From: Octopus sinensis
Taxonomy: Eukaryota
Length of the DNA: 64,000 nt
Assembly: GCF_006345805.1 (NCBI RefSeq)
Contig: NC_042999.1
Location: 12,648,001 to 12,712,000, forward strand
Direction: 5' to 3'
In this document: in pieces, positions 1-13,300 of the stretch
Numbering within the stretch: the stretch's first letter is position 1
Layout of the letters: every line of letters begins with the position of its first letter
Program-made: the position numbers and the translations under genes
The notes under the pieces: model-generated
Database searches by the model: none
What the model was told of the DNA's origin: nothing
The model's input: the letters and a program-made list of their open reading frames with translations, nothing else

Positions 1-293
1 TTCGGTAAACTGGGAGATTATTAACTAACATGGAAACAAGTTGGCATTAGGAATGTCATTCAGCTGTAAAAAAAACACTGACTCAACAAACTCTTGTCTA
101 ACCCATGCAAGCATGGAAAAGTAGATGTTAAAAGACCATGATGATGATGATGATGGTGCATTGCTTTAGAAATCCTTAATTTTTGTGAAAGGAGTGAACT
201 GCTGATTACTTTCTTGATAACATTTTGGAATAAAATTCCTTAAAAAAATGAAATAAAAAATTTGTTTACTTTTTGGATTATGAAAGCAAAATG

Positions 294-330
<37 letters not shown>

Positions 331-1229
331 GTGGAGATGATTTACTATCATCATCATCATCATCATCATTTTAATGTCTATTTTTCTATGCTTCCATGAA
401 TTGGGTAGGATTCATTGAGGTAGATTTCTATGGCTGGATACTCTTCTATTCACTAACTCTCACCTGTTTCCAAGCCAGATAATATTACTCCATAGCTGGA
501 TATGTTTCCAAGGAGGATAGGAAGCAAATAACCTCACTTGTATGAGGTAACACTTGTTTGCAACTATTGCACAATATCAGACAGGGAAGCACACAAACGT
601 TCTTACACACACACACACTTACACACACACACACTTACACACACACACACATCCAGTTGGATGAAGATGTGCAATACTTAAATGTCGAAAACATTGATGA
701 GGTCTGCTGTATAATTGATTATTGTCTAGTTTTGACAACCAAGGACTTTACACCTGATACTTTAACTAAGATAAAGTAAGCTGACATCTGTTAATTTTAT
801 ATCCTGCTGCTGGATATATGATTTAATGGAGCAGAGAGAGAGAGTGAGTAAGTATTCACACGATGCTCTACGATTACTGTTACGTTGAGGTTAAATGCTC
901 TCTGCCAACAGTGAACTGCTCAATCTGAACAATTGACAGCTCTTTATTTTATAGCAATGTTTCAATCCACCTTTTGTCACTTGGGGCTTGTCAGAATCCT
1001 TCCACAACAGTTAAGAACCGAAAGTTTTAACCATCAACAATTTAGGGTAAATGGTAGGTTTAGTAAGGATTTTAAGATAACAAACTGGTATGTCAAGGAT
1101 CATTTCAGTAAAGTTAAATTGTATTTGGCTACTCAAATTTCAGTCATAGAACATTAGCAGTGCCAATATTGGCCATTCAGTTTTCAGATATAGATTATTC
1201 ATTAATGGCTATTTCTGTTTCCACCACAG

Positions 1230-1268
1230 GGCTTTAATGGTCCCCATAGTGGTTGCTTGTGCTCACAG
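1230..1268 (+). CDS. Probable 39-nt micro-exon (GFNGPHSGCLCSQ), phase 0/0, upstream of exon 4194
   Basis: Acceptor tttctgtttccaccacag, weak donor CAG|GTTTAC. Joins in frame to VLSVSAC. GPHSG resembles GRHAG at the equivalent place in the second internal repeat. Confidence 0.5.
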
Positions 1269-1349
1269 GTTTACTATAATAATGATAATAATAATGAAAT
1301 TATTGTATGTAGTGCTCAGGTGCACTGTAAATAATATAAGGTTTGTATA

Positions 1350-1805
1350 TCTATATATATAAAACTCAACTTGTGTGTCTGTGTGTGTATCTGTGTGTGT
1401 GTCTGTGTGTTTAACTTCCTGGCACATCTCCTCCTAGCCAACAAATCGTAGAACCACCAAAAATGAGTCACTTAAAGTTTAGGCGAATGAAAATTGAACT
1501 GCGCTATTTCTGTTCTGAAATTCATCTCACAAGTGCAAAAATTGATAATGTGTTTGTTTAGGCCTTATCCCATGCATTGAATAGTGAACTTTACTCAGTC
1601 AGCTGTTTGATGTGAACTGTGTTCACCACGCGTGCAAGCATGTGTAAATTGCATGAAAAATAAAAAATCAAGATATAAAAATGAATCGCCATAAACATTG
1701 TAGAAATTCGGCAAAGAAATGAATTTTCAGGATGTAGCCTGGAGGGTTTTTTCCTATTAATATGTATATATATATGTATGTATGTATATATATATATATA
1801 TATAT

Positions 1806-1836
<31 letters not shown>

Positions 1837-2563
1837 TGAGAGTATGATAGAAGAAGGCTAACTCTTCCTTCCATAGAAGAAAAAATTCAAATCGGACCAT
1901 GTTAACACCAAAAATTATTTACATCAAAAAGGTGCCTTTTTTCTATGAAAATCCCTAATTTTTACAATGTTTTGACTGCTGTGTCACCATTTTTCGGTGT
2001 ATTTCACTTAAAGAGAATAACAAGTGCCGCCCCGAATGGCCTCCGTGCCGGTGGCACATAAAGAGCACCATCCGATCGTGGGTGTTGCCAGCCTCGCCTG
2101 GCCCCCTTGCCGGTGGCATGTAAAAAGCACCACCCGACTGTGTCCGTTGCCAGCGCCGCCCCAACTGGCCTCCGTGCCGGTGGCACGTAAAAAGCACCAT
2201 CCGATCGTGGCCGTTGCCAGCCTTGCCTGGCCCCCGTGCCGGTGGCACATAAAAAGCACCATCCGTCCGTGGCCATTTGCCAGCCCCGTCTGGCACCTGT
2301 ACGGGTGGCACGTAAAAAGCACCCACTACACCCACGGAGTGGTTGGCGTTAGGAAGGGCATCCAGCCGTAGAAACACTGCCAGATCAGACTGGGCCTGGT
2401 GCAGCCTTCTGGCTTCCCAGACCCCAGTTGAACCGTCCAACCCATGCTAGCATGGAAAGCGGATGCTAAATGATGATGATGATGATACTGCCAAATTTTT
2501 ACTTTTCAAAAATTCCAATTCTAAAGGGTCTCAACAAACCGCAACGCCGGGGGACGCTGCTAG
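1350..2563 (+). mobile_element. Non-autonomous Helitron-like element interrupted by an RTE 3'-end copy
   Basis: A|TC start, GC-rich subterminal stretch (accgcaacgccggg), CTAG|T end. Termini resemble the copies at 3540 and 26596. Confidence 0.6.
2026..2487 (+). mobile_element. 5'-truncated RTE LINE / RTE-tailed SINE 3' end with ~60-bp tandem units and (TGA)n tail
   Basis: Matches the 3' end of the long RTE at 53917-57300. Ends ...gcggatgctaaa(tga)n. Confidence 0.8.
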
Positions 2564-2586
2564 TTTAACAATAAAATTAAGTTTAA

Positions 2587-4043
2587 CCCTTTCGTTACCA
2601 AACCGCCCGAAAAATATTTTGGTTAATGTGACCAAACCGCCCAAAGCCGCCCGAATTTACCTATTTATATTTAAATGAGAATATCAGAGCAAATCTCTTT
2701 AGTACATTCGTGAAAATAGGTATTATACTTTGTAAAGAGTTCAACTACAGTTTTGTACAAAAATCGAAGTGTAATTTTAATTCCGTGAATTTTGGGAGAT
2801 TTTTTCCGAAATTTGTTCCTATTGTGTTTTCAAAATTTGTAATTCTGACAAAAAATGGATACGAATTTCATTATATCAAGCAGCGAGTCAGAATTCGAAG
2901 GATTTTCTACTGAAGACCTTCATAAATCTAACTCTATGACTGAAAAGAAAAAGCATGTGGTATTTGATAATGAATCTGATGTTTCATTTTCCGAAAGTGA
3001 AAACAGTGAATCCGAGAGCTCCGACAGCGATAAAGAAAATGAATTGGCACCTGAATGGAGTGAAAATTTAAAAACTGTTTCTTTCGGTGATTTTTCTGCA
3101 GAAACTGGACCAAGCTACAGACTTTCCCAGAAGAGTAAAGCCTTAGACTATTTCTTTTTACTTTTTCGAATGAGCCTATTTGAAATAATTACGACGGAAA
3201 CGAACCGTTACGTTGAATGTAAACAAAATGAAAGAAAGGATTGTTAGTGGTTTCCCACAACCTTAAATGAAATTAAGACTATTTTGCCATAAATATTATT
3301 ATGGGTATCAGAAAGTTACCCAGAATAACAAATTCTATCGTAAAATTTTGTTGTATACCCAATTGAATATTAGCTAATAACCCATTTTCTATAGCGATGT
3401 TTGAACAAAATTTTAATAATTTTATATCTTGTTGAATTTACCTGTATCTACCTGCAATTAGAGTCACTTTGTGACAAAAATTATAGTATAGAATTGGTCG
3501 AGAACATTTCATTAAATTATCTTCCAAAATTCACGTTAATCTCTCTCTATATAAACGGCAGTTTGTCTGTGCGTGTTTCTGTGTGTCTGTTTGCTTGTAC
3601 CCTCACCCTGACTACGGCTTTCAACCGATTCTGATGAAACTTGACACACACATAGCCCAATGTCATAATTCAAAACTAACGCAGCGAAAATTTTGAAAAG
3701 TTCCCCCAGTTCTGAAAAAATCGATAAATTCGACATGGGGTCGAGAATCAGAAACACAAACCGCAAACTGTCTAGGGGACGCAACTCCACCTTTTTTAAC
3801 TAAAAAAAAAATTTACCATCATTTTTTTCCATTTTTTTGCTATTTTTTGGCTATAACTCTCTAAAAATGCTTTATAGTTATTTCCATTACAAACCTGAGC
3901 AACGCCGGGCGATACTGCTAGTATATTGATAAATAAAAAAGTTATAGTTGTTTAATGAAACCAGACTAAATTTATGATTATGTTAGAAATTAATTGAAAC
4001 ACATAAGGAGTGTATTTTGGTCAGAAATATAGTAATGAAAGGG
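2587..4043 (+). mobile_element. Internally deleted piggyBac (PGBD4-like) element with N-terminal transposase pseudogene
   Basis: TTAA|CCCTTTCGTTAC ... GTAATGAAAGGG|TTAA termini. ORF 2855-3247 is acidic N-terminus plus DYFFLLF...IITTETNRY; WFPTT.NEIK...IIMGIRKLP follows after a stop and frameshift. Confidence 0.8.
3540..3921 (+). mobile_element. Non-autonomous Helitron nested in the piggyBac element
   Basis: A|TC...cctgagcaacgccgggcgatactgCTAG|T, no TSD. Confidence 0.75.
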
Positions 4044-4193
4044 TTAACTCTTATAAACATACTAAACATTATTTTTAAAAGTAAAATCTATTGGCAACAA
4101 TCTTTTAAACTGCAGAAAGCTATTATTTAGATTGTAACTGGTCGATATTGGTGGAGTGCATTTCTTTTTATTTATAATTTTTGTTGTTTACAG

Positions 4194-4444
4194 GTTCTGA
4201 GTGTGTCTGCTTGCAGAAAATTTCACAGACATTCAAATAATCCATATGAAGAACAAGAAGTTGTTGGATTCTATCCAGGATTAAGCTGTGAGGATGCCAG
4301 ATACCCACTTAATAATTCAAATCCAGTCATTGTCAAAGAAAAATTTTGTCATCTCCTTGGACATAGTCAAATTGAAGTTGGCAAAGAAATAACAATAGGT
4401 TGTAAAAACTGCATTTGTATGCCTGGTGGAAAATTGAAGTGCAA
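4194..4444 (+). CDS. Exon 1 (in window): Cys-module C-half (FYPGLSCED) and half-VWC ([11 protein letters not shown])
   Basis: Acceptor ttgttgtttacag, donor AA|GTAAGT (phase 2). ORF 4203-4448. Confidence 0.85.
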
Positions 4445-7400
4445 GTAAGTGGCCAGGTACAGTTTATAATTAAATGATGTTTGAAAACAAGAATAAACAT
4501 AAATTTTACAGTCATTAGCTAGCAGAAAATAAATAGCACTTATTTTTTTTTTATAAAATATTACTTACATCATCATCATTTAATGTCCATCTTTCATAGT
4601 GGTATGGGTTGAATGGTTTGAGAGGAGTGAGGCAAGCTGAAGAGCTGCACCCATTGTCTGCTTTGGTATGGTTTCTATGGCTGGATACCCTTTCTCATGC
4701 TACCCACCAGTGCCAACCATCAGTGCTTTTTACATGGCACCAATGTAAGTGGAATCACCAAGTAACTTGCAGGATAATGACCTCTCAATTGGAAGAGGGA
4801 GTGGAACCAAGGGAGGTGGCTTTGTGTCAGCTGAGAGGTTAAAGTATAAGGGAGGGATAGAGATGAGTTAGTATAGGGTTACTTGGTTACCTGAGTGGGA
4901 TAAGAAAGGAGAGGAAGAAGATAAAGTGAGAGAGAGATGGTGGAACAGTGGTGGGGAGCATAAGTGGTACAGACGGGATAGAAGGGGATGTTCCATAAGA
5001 GTATGAGGGTAGGGGAAGAGGGAGCTGTAGCGAGTGGCTGGGGTGGGTGGGTGTGTAGTAGATATGTGAGGGCATAGAGAGTGTGCACGTAAGGTATATG
5101 AGGGTTAATGGAGGGGACTGTAGTGGGTGGTGGGATGGAGGTTGGGTAAACGGATTGTGAGGGAGGTGGGGCATGGCCGTAAAGGATATGCCTGTATGTA
5201 TGCATGGCCATGGTTTTACTTGGCTTGACATACAAATTTGATATTTCCTGCAGGTAATAAAAATAGTATAATTCCTTATTTTTCACAATATAATAATTAC
5301 AATTACTTGTCATTTGTAATAGATATTCTATATTAGAAGAATATTCCTCTCAAAATATTGGATTCGAATTTTGGCACAAGGCCAGCGAGTTTGGAGGAAG
5401 GGGCTGAGTTGATTAAATCAACCCCAGTGTTCAGCTGATTCTTATTTCATTGACCCTGAAAAGATGACAGGCAAAGTCAACCCCAACAGAATTTGAACTC
5501 AGAACATGAAGATGGACAAAAGGCTGCTAAGCATTCAGTCTGCTGACAATTCTGCCAACTCACTGCCTTATTCATATCAAAATATCAATAATTCTTTCCA
5601 TAATAGGCCCAGGGCTTGAAATTTTGGAGGAGGGGGAAACTTGATTATATTTTAATGACCCCTGAAAGGATGAAAGGCAAAGTTGACTTTGGCAGGATTT
5701 GAACTCAGAATGTAAAGACAGACAAAATGCCAGCTCTTCACCTTATATCAAAATATTAAGAATAAAAGAACATTTAAGTAGTGAACATTACTAAATATGG
5801 CAATTGGTATTTCGAAGAATACAAATATGTTAACTCTTTTGATATTAACCGACCTGAGACTACTCCTGGTTCTATGATACAAACTTCCTGTTTAAATTGC
5901 TCTAAATTAAAACCATCTTTCAAAATGTCACACTAATTTATACTCCAAACACTAATAATAACAAAATTAGCTTTTTCATTATTTTCAAAATGAAATGAAA
6001 CAAAGCAGTGTATCTGAAGAGAAATATGGTAACAAGACTTTAAAAAAATGTGATAGATGATATATATACTAATTAGAAACTGGAATTAAATATAAAAACT
6101 TTTTAATGAATTTATAATATTGTTCTGGAAAATTTGAAGAAAATTGTCAAAAGAAAATTAAAAAGGAATTAATTTGAATCTCGTTTATTCATTTGTGAAT
6201 ATGTTATTAGTTTGAGTTCAAGACTTGTAGATGTTTCAGGGTCTATAAAATAGTACCAGTCAATTACTTGGTGTAATTGACAGACTCCTCCCCACAAAGC
6301 TGCCGGCCTTGCGCCAAAGCTTGAAACCATTATTACCGTCTGTAAAATTCTTCATCTCATTGGAACTTGCTTATATTTTCCTAGATGTTCTGACTTAATT
6401 CTTCGCAAAGAAATTCGAGATTTCACCTGGGAAGAGATGGCCAAACTGCAGCAGGCTATTTCCCAGCTTCGTTTGTCAGGAATAGACAATATCTGGAATA
6501 AATACAGAGACCTCTACATGGTTCATCACATGCATTCACATGGTGGGGCATTCTATCTTCCATGGCATCGCCAGTTTTTGCAGCTTGTTGAATTGCAACT
6601 GAAAGAGATAGACTGCCATGTTACCTTACCATATTTTGATTTCACAACTGATGCTGCTAACTTCTCAGAAGCCATCATCTGGCAGCCCAATTTCTTTGGA
6701 GGAGATGGATGGGGATGGTGTGTTCCAGATCATGCTTTTGGTGACAGGTGACTATTTAATGTTGTTTTTGCATGTTACTCTTAAAAAGGAATTTTAATTA
6801 ATTAGTATTTCCCACAGTCATCATCATTATTTTCTGTTTGTTTTCCATGCTGGCATCACTTGAATGTGTCACCATGGTCTGTGTCTGTTCTTATTTGAAG
6901 ATTTTGTCCTGCTACATGGGTCAAAAGACCAAGCTTCTCATGTAGCTTGTGTTTGGGGCTTGGTTTCTAGTATTGTATATCTTTCCTGAATGTGCTGTGT
7001 GTGTGTGTTTCTGTGTGTACACAGAGTAATCTTCTTTTAAGCACTATTGCCACAAAACTGCATCCATTTGAATATAAACATCATTTTACTTCTCAAAAAT
7101 CCTATCTTTATTATATTCGAATGGAAAACATTTACTTGAGATCTTAAGATTAACATGATAATGACCACTAATCTTAAAATTAAGCTTGAATGAACCTATT
7201 TTTTGCTTTGTTAAGACTTAAGATTTTAAAAAGTGTGGTCAACATAAAAAAGAATAATTTAAGATTTGATTAAATTGGGATTTAATTAAGGGCAATTAAT
7301 ACTTCTCAGGCTCCTTTATATTATTAATTGTTCTTTTTTTTTTAACAGTAATGCTTGGAAACCATGCCTGAAAAGGAATTTCAGCCATATTGTTGAGGTC

Positions 7401-8040
7401 CCAACAATGCTTGATGTTGCTGCTGCCATCAGTAAAACAGATTTCATGGAAATGAGTGAACTTCTGGAGACATTTGCAGCGTATATCCATTCCTTTGTTG
7501 GTGGTGATATGTCAACGACTGCAATGGCTTACGACCCTCTCTTCTACATCATTCAAACCTACATTGACAGATTGTATGCCACCTGGCAGAAAATGGGCCA
7601 CAACAAATTTAAATTCCCAGCAGCCTATGGAAATATTCCAATGGTTCCATTCAATACGGCACCATTGGATGTTCTTGATCTAGAAAATGACCTCTGTGTG
7701 ACTTACAGTCCTCCAGGAAAGGGTCGACCATGCAACAAAACTGTTCATTTGCATGTGTCAGAGTTAAGTGCTGTTGAGAAAAATCCTAATATTCATGTGA
7801 AAATCATAAGTAGATCTGGTTATGATCAGTTTGGTTACAATTCCAGGGGCTTTGACCGTAGAGGCTTTAATAAATTTGGATATAACTATCATGGTAAGTG
7901 ATTTTATTTCTTTTTGTTACAATGTTTAATCCTGTTAGAACATAGATTTTGATAATAATGTTCTATAAATTGTCTCTCCATCTTTTTTTTGCGAAAGTAT
8001 TTTTGTCATTTAAAAGGGACATCTCGATCAATGTGTGTGT

Positions 8041-8100
<60 letters not shown>

Positions 8101-9581
8101 CGTGCGTGTACGTGCACATACACATAATCATTATCTTTTTTAATGTCCATGCTTGTAGGAGTCAGGTGGAGTTTATTGAGGTAGATTTTATACAGCTGGA
8201 TGCTCTTCCTGTCACAATCTCCACATATTTCCAAACAAGGTAATATTTCCCCATGGTCATTTGCAGAATGATACCGCTTGTATGACAGTGACACTCATTT
8301 ACAACTATCACATAATGACAAGTGAGTGAGACACACCCTTTCATGCTCCCACACATTATTCAGGTGCCCTCAATGTGTCCAGGGGTCAGCTTACCAAGAC
8401 TCTTCAGTTACTTTACTGGTTGCTTCTACCTGGATCATCATTGGCTGTGGGTTAATATGGAATGAGACCCCAGTCCCTTTTGCAATCACTGACCATCACC
8501 TTTTCAGTTTTGACCTATCCAGTCTTATGGCATGTCACGTACCCCACTGACATCACTTCAAGTCCATTGATCTGCAGTGTCTGCCATTTCAGGCTTTGTG
8601 TGCTTAAACATCAAACGCAGCCCTTTACTTCACTGCAACATCTGTGAAGCTCTCCATGAGCTAGATGTAGAGTGGGTGCTGAAGAGGGATTCTGGTCAGC
8701 CTCCAAAGGGAAGGAACTGCTTCTCATCTCTTGCATCCTACACCCAGTGTATGTGTGTGTGTATGTATATATACACACACATATATATTGTGTGTGTGTG
8801 TGTGTTTGTATGTATGTATATATGTATGTATGTATGTATGTATGTGTATATATAAAATGTTATATCTCACATTCTGTATTTGACATATACTTGATATTAC
8901 ATGATTGATATATATACTAATTCATATTTATAATGTATAATTTATAAATTTTAATTCTTAATATTAAAAAGTATAATTTTTATTCTTAATTTTTAATCTT
9001 TAATGCTTTATTGTATTGCTTATTTTTAAAGGGATGTAAAATTAGATATTAATATTTTGAAATAGAACCTGAAGATGTGTTGGAAAAAAAGCACCAACCG
9101 ATCGTGGCCGCTGCCAGCCTACCCTGGCACGTAAAAAGCACTCACTACACTCATAGAGTGGTTGGCGTTAGGAAGGGCATCCAGCTGTAGAAACACTGTC
9201 AGATCAGTCTGGAGCCTGGTGCAGCCTCCTGGCTTCCCAGACCCCGGTCAAACCATCCAACCCATGCTAGCATGGAAAATGGACGTTAAACGATGATGAT
9301 GATGATATGTATATATATGGGTATACAGTTGTGTAGATGTATATATATTTTAATCTTCCAATACTGAAACACATGTAGTTCCTTCATATTTAATAAATAT
9401 AAGATATAATTAATGAAGTATATTATATACCCTACTGGTAATTTTGGTTATATCCTTTAAGTAGTATTATTTTGTGGTCAGCAAACTGATACCATGGGCT
9501 TACTGTAGGATATACACATTAGGTTATTTTTGTATTATCTGAAATATAATACCCGCATATCAATTAATCCCCCAAAATTGA

Positions 9582-9615
<34 letters not shown>

Positions 9616-10280
9616 AAAATGAGAAAATGGAGAAATATACCTAAATCAATCATCAACCATCAGATAATACCCAATCAATACTTTATTAAACCATTACACA
9701 ACAGCAGTTATATTATACATAATATATTACAAATATAACAAGACATAGAAATAGAAATAGAAAATACATTTATATTGTAGCTGACAGCTGTTTCGGCCGT
9801 GAAGACAGGTATGTCCCATTTAACCTATTAGCTATATAAAGCAGGTATAAATGAGACATTAACAAGAATGTCTCACGGCCTCTTCAGAGAATTTAATGTA
9901 AGTATGAAAAAAATTTACATAGAAATATAAATATGTGTGTATAGACACTCATATTTCTACACATATATATATATACACAATAATACAATATAAACAATAT
10001 AGGTCAATATACATTAACAAACACAATAATGTTCTATATTGAACTCATAGTTCTATAACCAACATCAAGGAAATACATGTACACTCACATTTAAAGCAGG
10101 CATATATATTTAACAGTCCAGTCTATTAAAATGTGTAACCACACAAAAAAAAGTCAATAAAATTAATATTAATAATAATAATAACAACCATGATTGTACC
10201 AATTAAAGCCATATATACATATATATCTATCTATATATATATATATAATATATATATATATAATATATATATATATATAT

Positions 10281-10316
<36 letters not shown>

Positions 10317-13300
10317 AAAGTGCATGTTGGCAATGACTTTGGTGAATTTAGTGTGAAAGTAGGAGTGCCTCAAGGCTTGGTTGTCAATCTTATCCTATTC
10401 ATCATAGTTTTTCAAACCATTACTGAAGAGTTTAAGACTGGCTGTTTGTGGTTCCTCCTGATGATGTCTTGAGCTAACTGGATCCTATAAAGGAGCTGTT
10501 GTGGTAGCAGACCACGAAACACGGTTGTAATTCCTGGGAACTCATATGCTGATGATCTAGTCCTCAGCTGAATCTATTGGGTAATCTGTGAAGAAATTCC
10601 AGGCATAGCAGCTAAACCTAGAATTGAGGGGCCTTAAACCTGTCAAAGGCTGAGGATGTAGTTAGTAGGAAAAATATCTGGACTTTAGTTTCTTTGGGGA
10701 AATAACCTTGTTCTGTATGTAGAAAAGTGTCACATTGTTCTTGATGTAAACTATGGACACACAAGAATCACAGGCAGACTATCTAAGAAGGTAAACTTCT
10801 TATGTGATAGATACACTGGAGCAGTATGTACAAGCATACCTGAAAATGAATGTCTTAAATGCCTGGATGGCTCATTAGAAGTGGTTGATAGCCTTTGTTA
10901 CCTATGAGATGTAACTAGCAAGGGAGGCTGGTTGATCTGACAGTATAATTGCTCGAATAAGAAGTGGTTGGGGAAAGTTCAGGTAGCAACTACCACAGCT
11001 AATAACAAAAATCATTTCCCCAAGAGTGAAGGGCAGATTGTTTGATGCTTGAGTTAGAAGTGCAGTGTTGCATGGTAGTGAGACATGGGGCTTGTAAAGA
11101 TTGGAAAGAAAGAAAGTGAGCATGCTCTGTTGGATGTGCAATGTGAGGGTGCATGAAAAACATTGTACAAAGATGCTGTGTGAAAAACTGCATATAAAAG
11201 GAATCAGATGCTGTTTTCAAGAAATAAGGCTGAGACGGTATGGTCATGTGATGTATATGAATGCAGACAGCTGTCTAAAGAAGTGCCATTTGCTCAATAT
11301 AGCTGGAAGCAACAGAAAGGAAGACTCAAGAAGATAGAGAAAGAAGTGAAAGCTGACCTGAGAACCCTGAGCCTGATGGATGAGAACAAAGGACTTGGAT
11401 GAAACAGTGATATAAGGTTCTCAAAAAGGCACACCCTCCTCAGCAAGACTGAGTTCTGGAAGTGCTATAGTTTGGGTTCTCCAACTGTTATTGTGGCCCC
11501 TTCCTCTCATGTAGCACGTTTATCTCTTACCTTCCTCCTCTCTTCCCCTCCCCTCCTCAGCAATTGTATCCTTTCTGATACTCCTACTTCTTGCTCCCCC
11601 TCCCCCAACTCTTCTGCATCCCTCTAGTCTCATCCTCCCTATAACCTCACCAAATTTGACAATCTACCTTTTCCAACCCTCTTTTATACAATCTTACATA
11701 CCTCCTCCCCTCCACCCACTTCTGCCTTGTGGAGCACCTAAGCCCCTTATCCCCATTATCTATCTCTTGTATTTCCCACTGATCATTTTCTCTTTTCTGC
11801 ATTCTAGATGTGTGCAGCCATGCAAATCCCTCCGCAGCAACCTGCTCTGCCCCACCCATCACCACCACCATTCCTTAGTATGAAGCTAACCCTCCACCTA
11901 CTCCAGGGTTTATAGTCTTGGGAATTGCATGGCAACCTTGACAGTGCAGCTGACACAAAAGAAAAAAGCTCCTAGTCCGTGCTGTAAAGGGATTAGTTGT
12001 AAAAACCAGAAGCAGACATCGGAGCTTGATGCTGTCCTCGGACACATCAGCTCCTATCAACCTATGCCAGCATGGATGATAAATTGATGATATATATATG
12101 TGTGTGTGTGTGTGTGTATGAGAAAAAGAGAAGGTGGGGAGCAAAATGAGTAACCAGGGCAAAATGAGTCACTTTTGATATCTTCTTGTCAATCTCCCTG
12201 TTTGAAACCATTACATTGTAAGTATTGCATCATCATTTTGCATTACTACATTATACTTAGAAGTGAAAATTGGTCAGCATAGTTGTTGTTGAAGTTGAAG
12301 GAGTCTAAAATATAGTCAGGCGGCAAGTCCTCTTTTTTCGAGAAATTTCTCCTCAACTCTGACCTTATATTAATTGAGTTTGTTAAATACCAAAAATTTT
12401 CCAGATATTTTATTAGTGATCTTTTCTCTGTTGGTTTCCAAGTCAATTTTTTTTCCACATTAATGCCTAATTTGATAATTTTGAAGTTTAAAAAAATGTT
12501 TAGAATGGAGTAAAATGAGTAATGGCTAATTTCAATAATCTCTTCTCTTTAACTGCATGGTGTGTAAATATATCATAAAGAGAACACTCTAGCACAGTGT
12601 TTCCCAAACTTTTTGCACCAAATTGCAATATTGCACAAAAATGCTCCATCGTTCACCTGTTTAAAAAAACCCTGACACAACCCTGCCTAACATTAAATCC
12701 CTTAGGAAACCCCCACCCCTGTATCATTTGACACACATACTATATCGTAAGCTCATTGCCCTGTTAGTGCCGTTTGAACTAAATATGCGGTTGTTTACAA
12801 ATCCTTTATCATGGGTTTAGTTTAGCCATTAGTGTAAATAAAAGTCTAACGTTAACTCTATATTATGCTGCCAAATTAACTTCTGGAAACTTGCGCTTTC
12901 TTTTGCCCTGATTTTCATTTTCCCCAAATGAACCATTCATCAGAACTACCGACGCAAAAATGATGAATGATTTTATCATTAAGGAAAAGAATACAACTTT
13001 TTAATGAGAACCATGTGTCTGGTGTAAAGTAGCTAGTGCAGATACATTTGATTTCAAACTTGTCAACTTTAGCCACAAGTCTTGTTGTTGTATTACATCC
13101 AGTCTAATGAAGTGGATAGTGGAGTATTTTCAAAGAAAAAGATATGTAAAACGGTTCAACAAAGCATAAAGCACAGTTTCCTTTTGACAGCCACCGCACT
13201 TCGATATGGTATAAGAGTTTATTATAGTCCTCATCATTTATCAGACAGAGTTGACGGAAAATTTGATCAGACAAGGAACTGGACTTCAATTTGTCCACAG

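Noticed and set aside
1955-2440. 161-aa ORF MDGSTGV... (recurs at 32456 and 52894)
   Set aside because: Antisense translation of the RTE 3' UTR repeat, not a gene.
4194-4215. VLSVSAC as the end of a signal peptide
   Set aside because: Homology to the second cassette and the candidate micro-exon suggest an internal position. No start exon was found in the window.
4879-5313. Pro/His-rich ORFs (also 18215-18685 and 11656-11883)
   Set aside because: Purine/pyrimidine-biased degenerate repeat sequence with no splice or domain support.
10458-10535. Third hammerhead (CTGATGA...GAAAC...GUA) inside the RTE fragment
   Set aside because: Stem I does not pair and stem II closes with only 2 bp. At best a degraded remnant.
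12246-12458. 70-aa minus-strand ORF as a transposase HTH fragment
   Set aside because: No motif I can identify with confidence.
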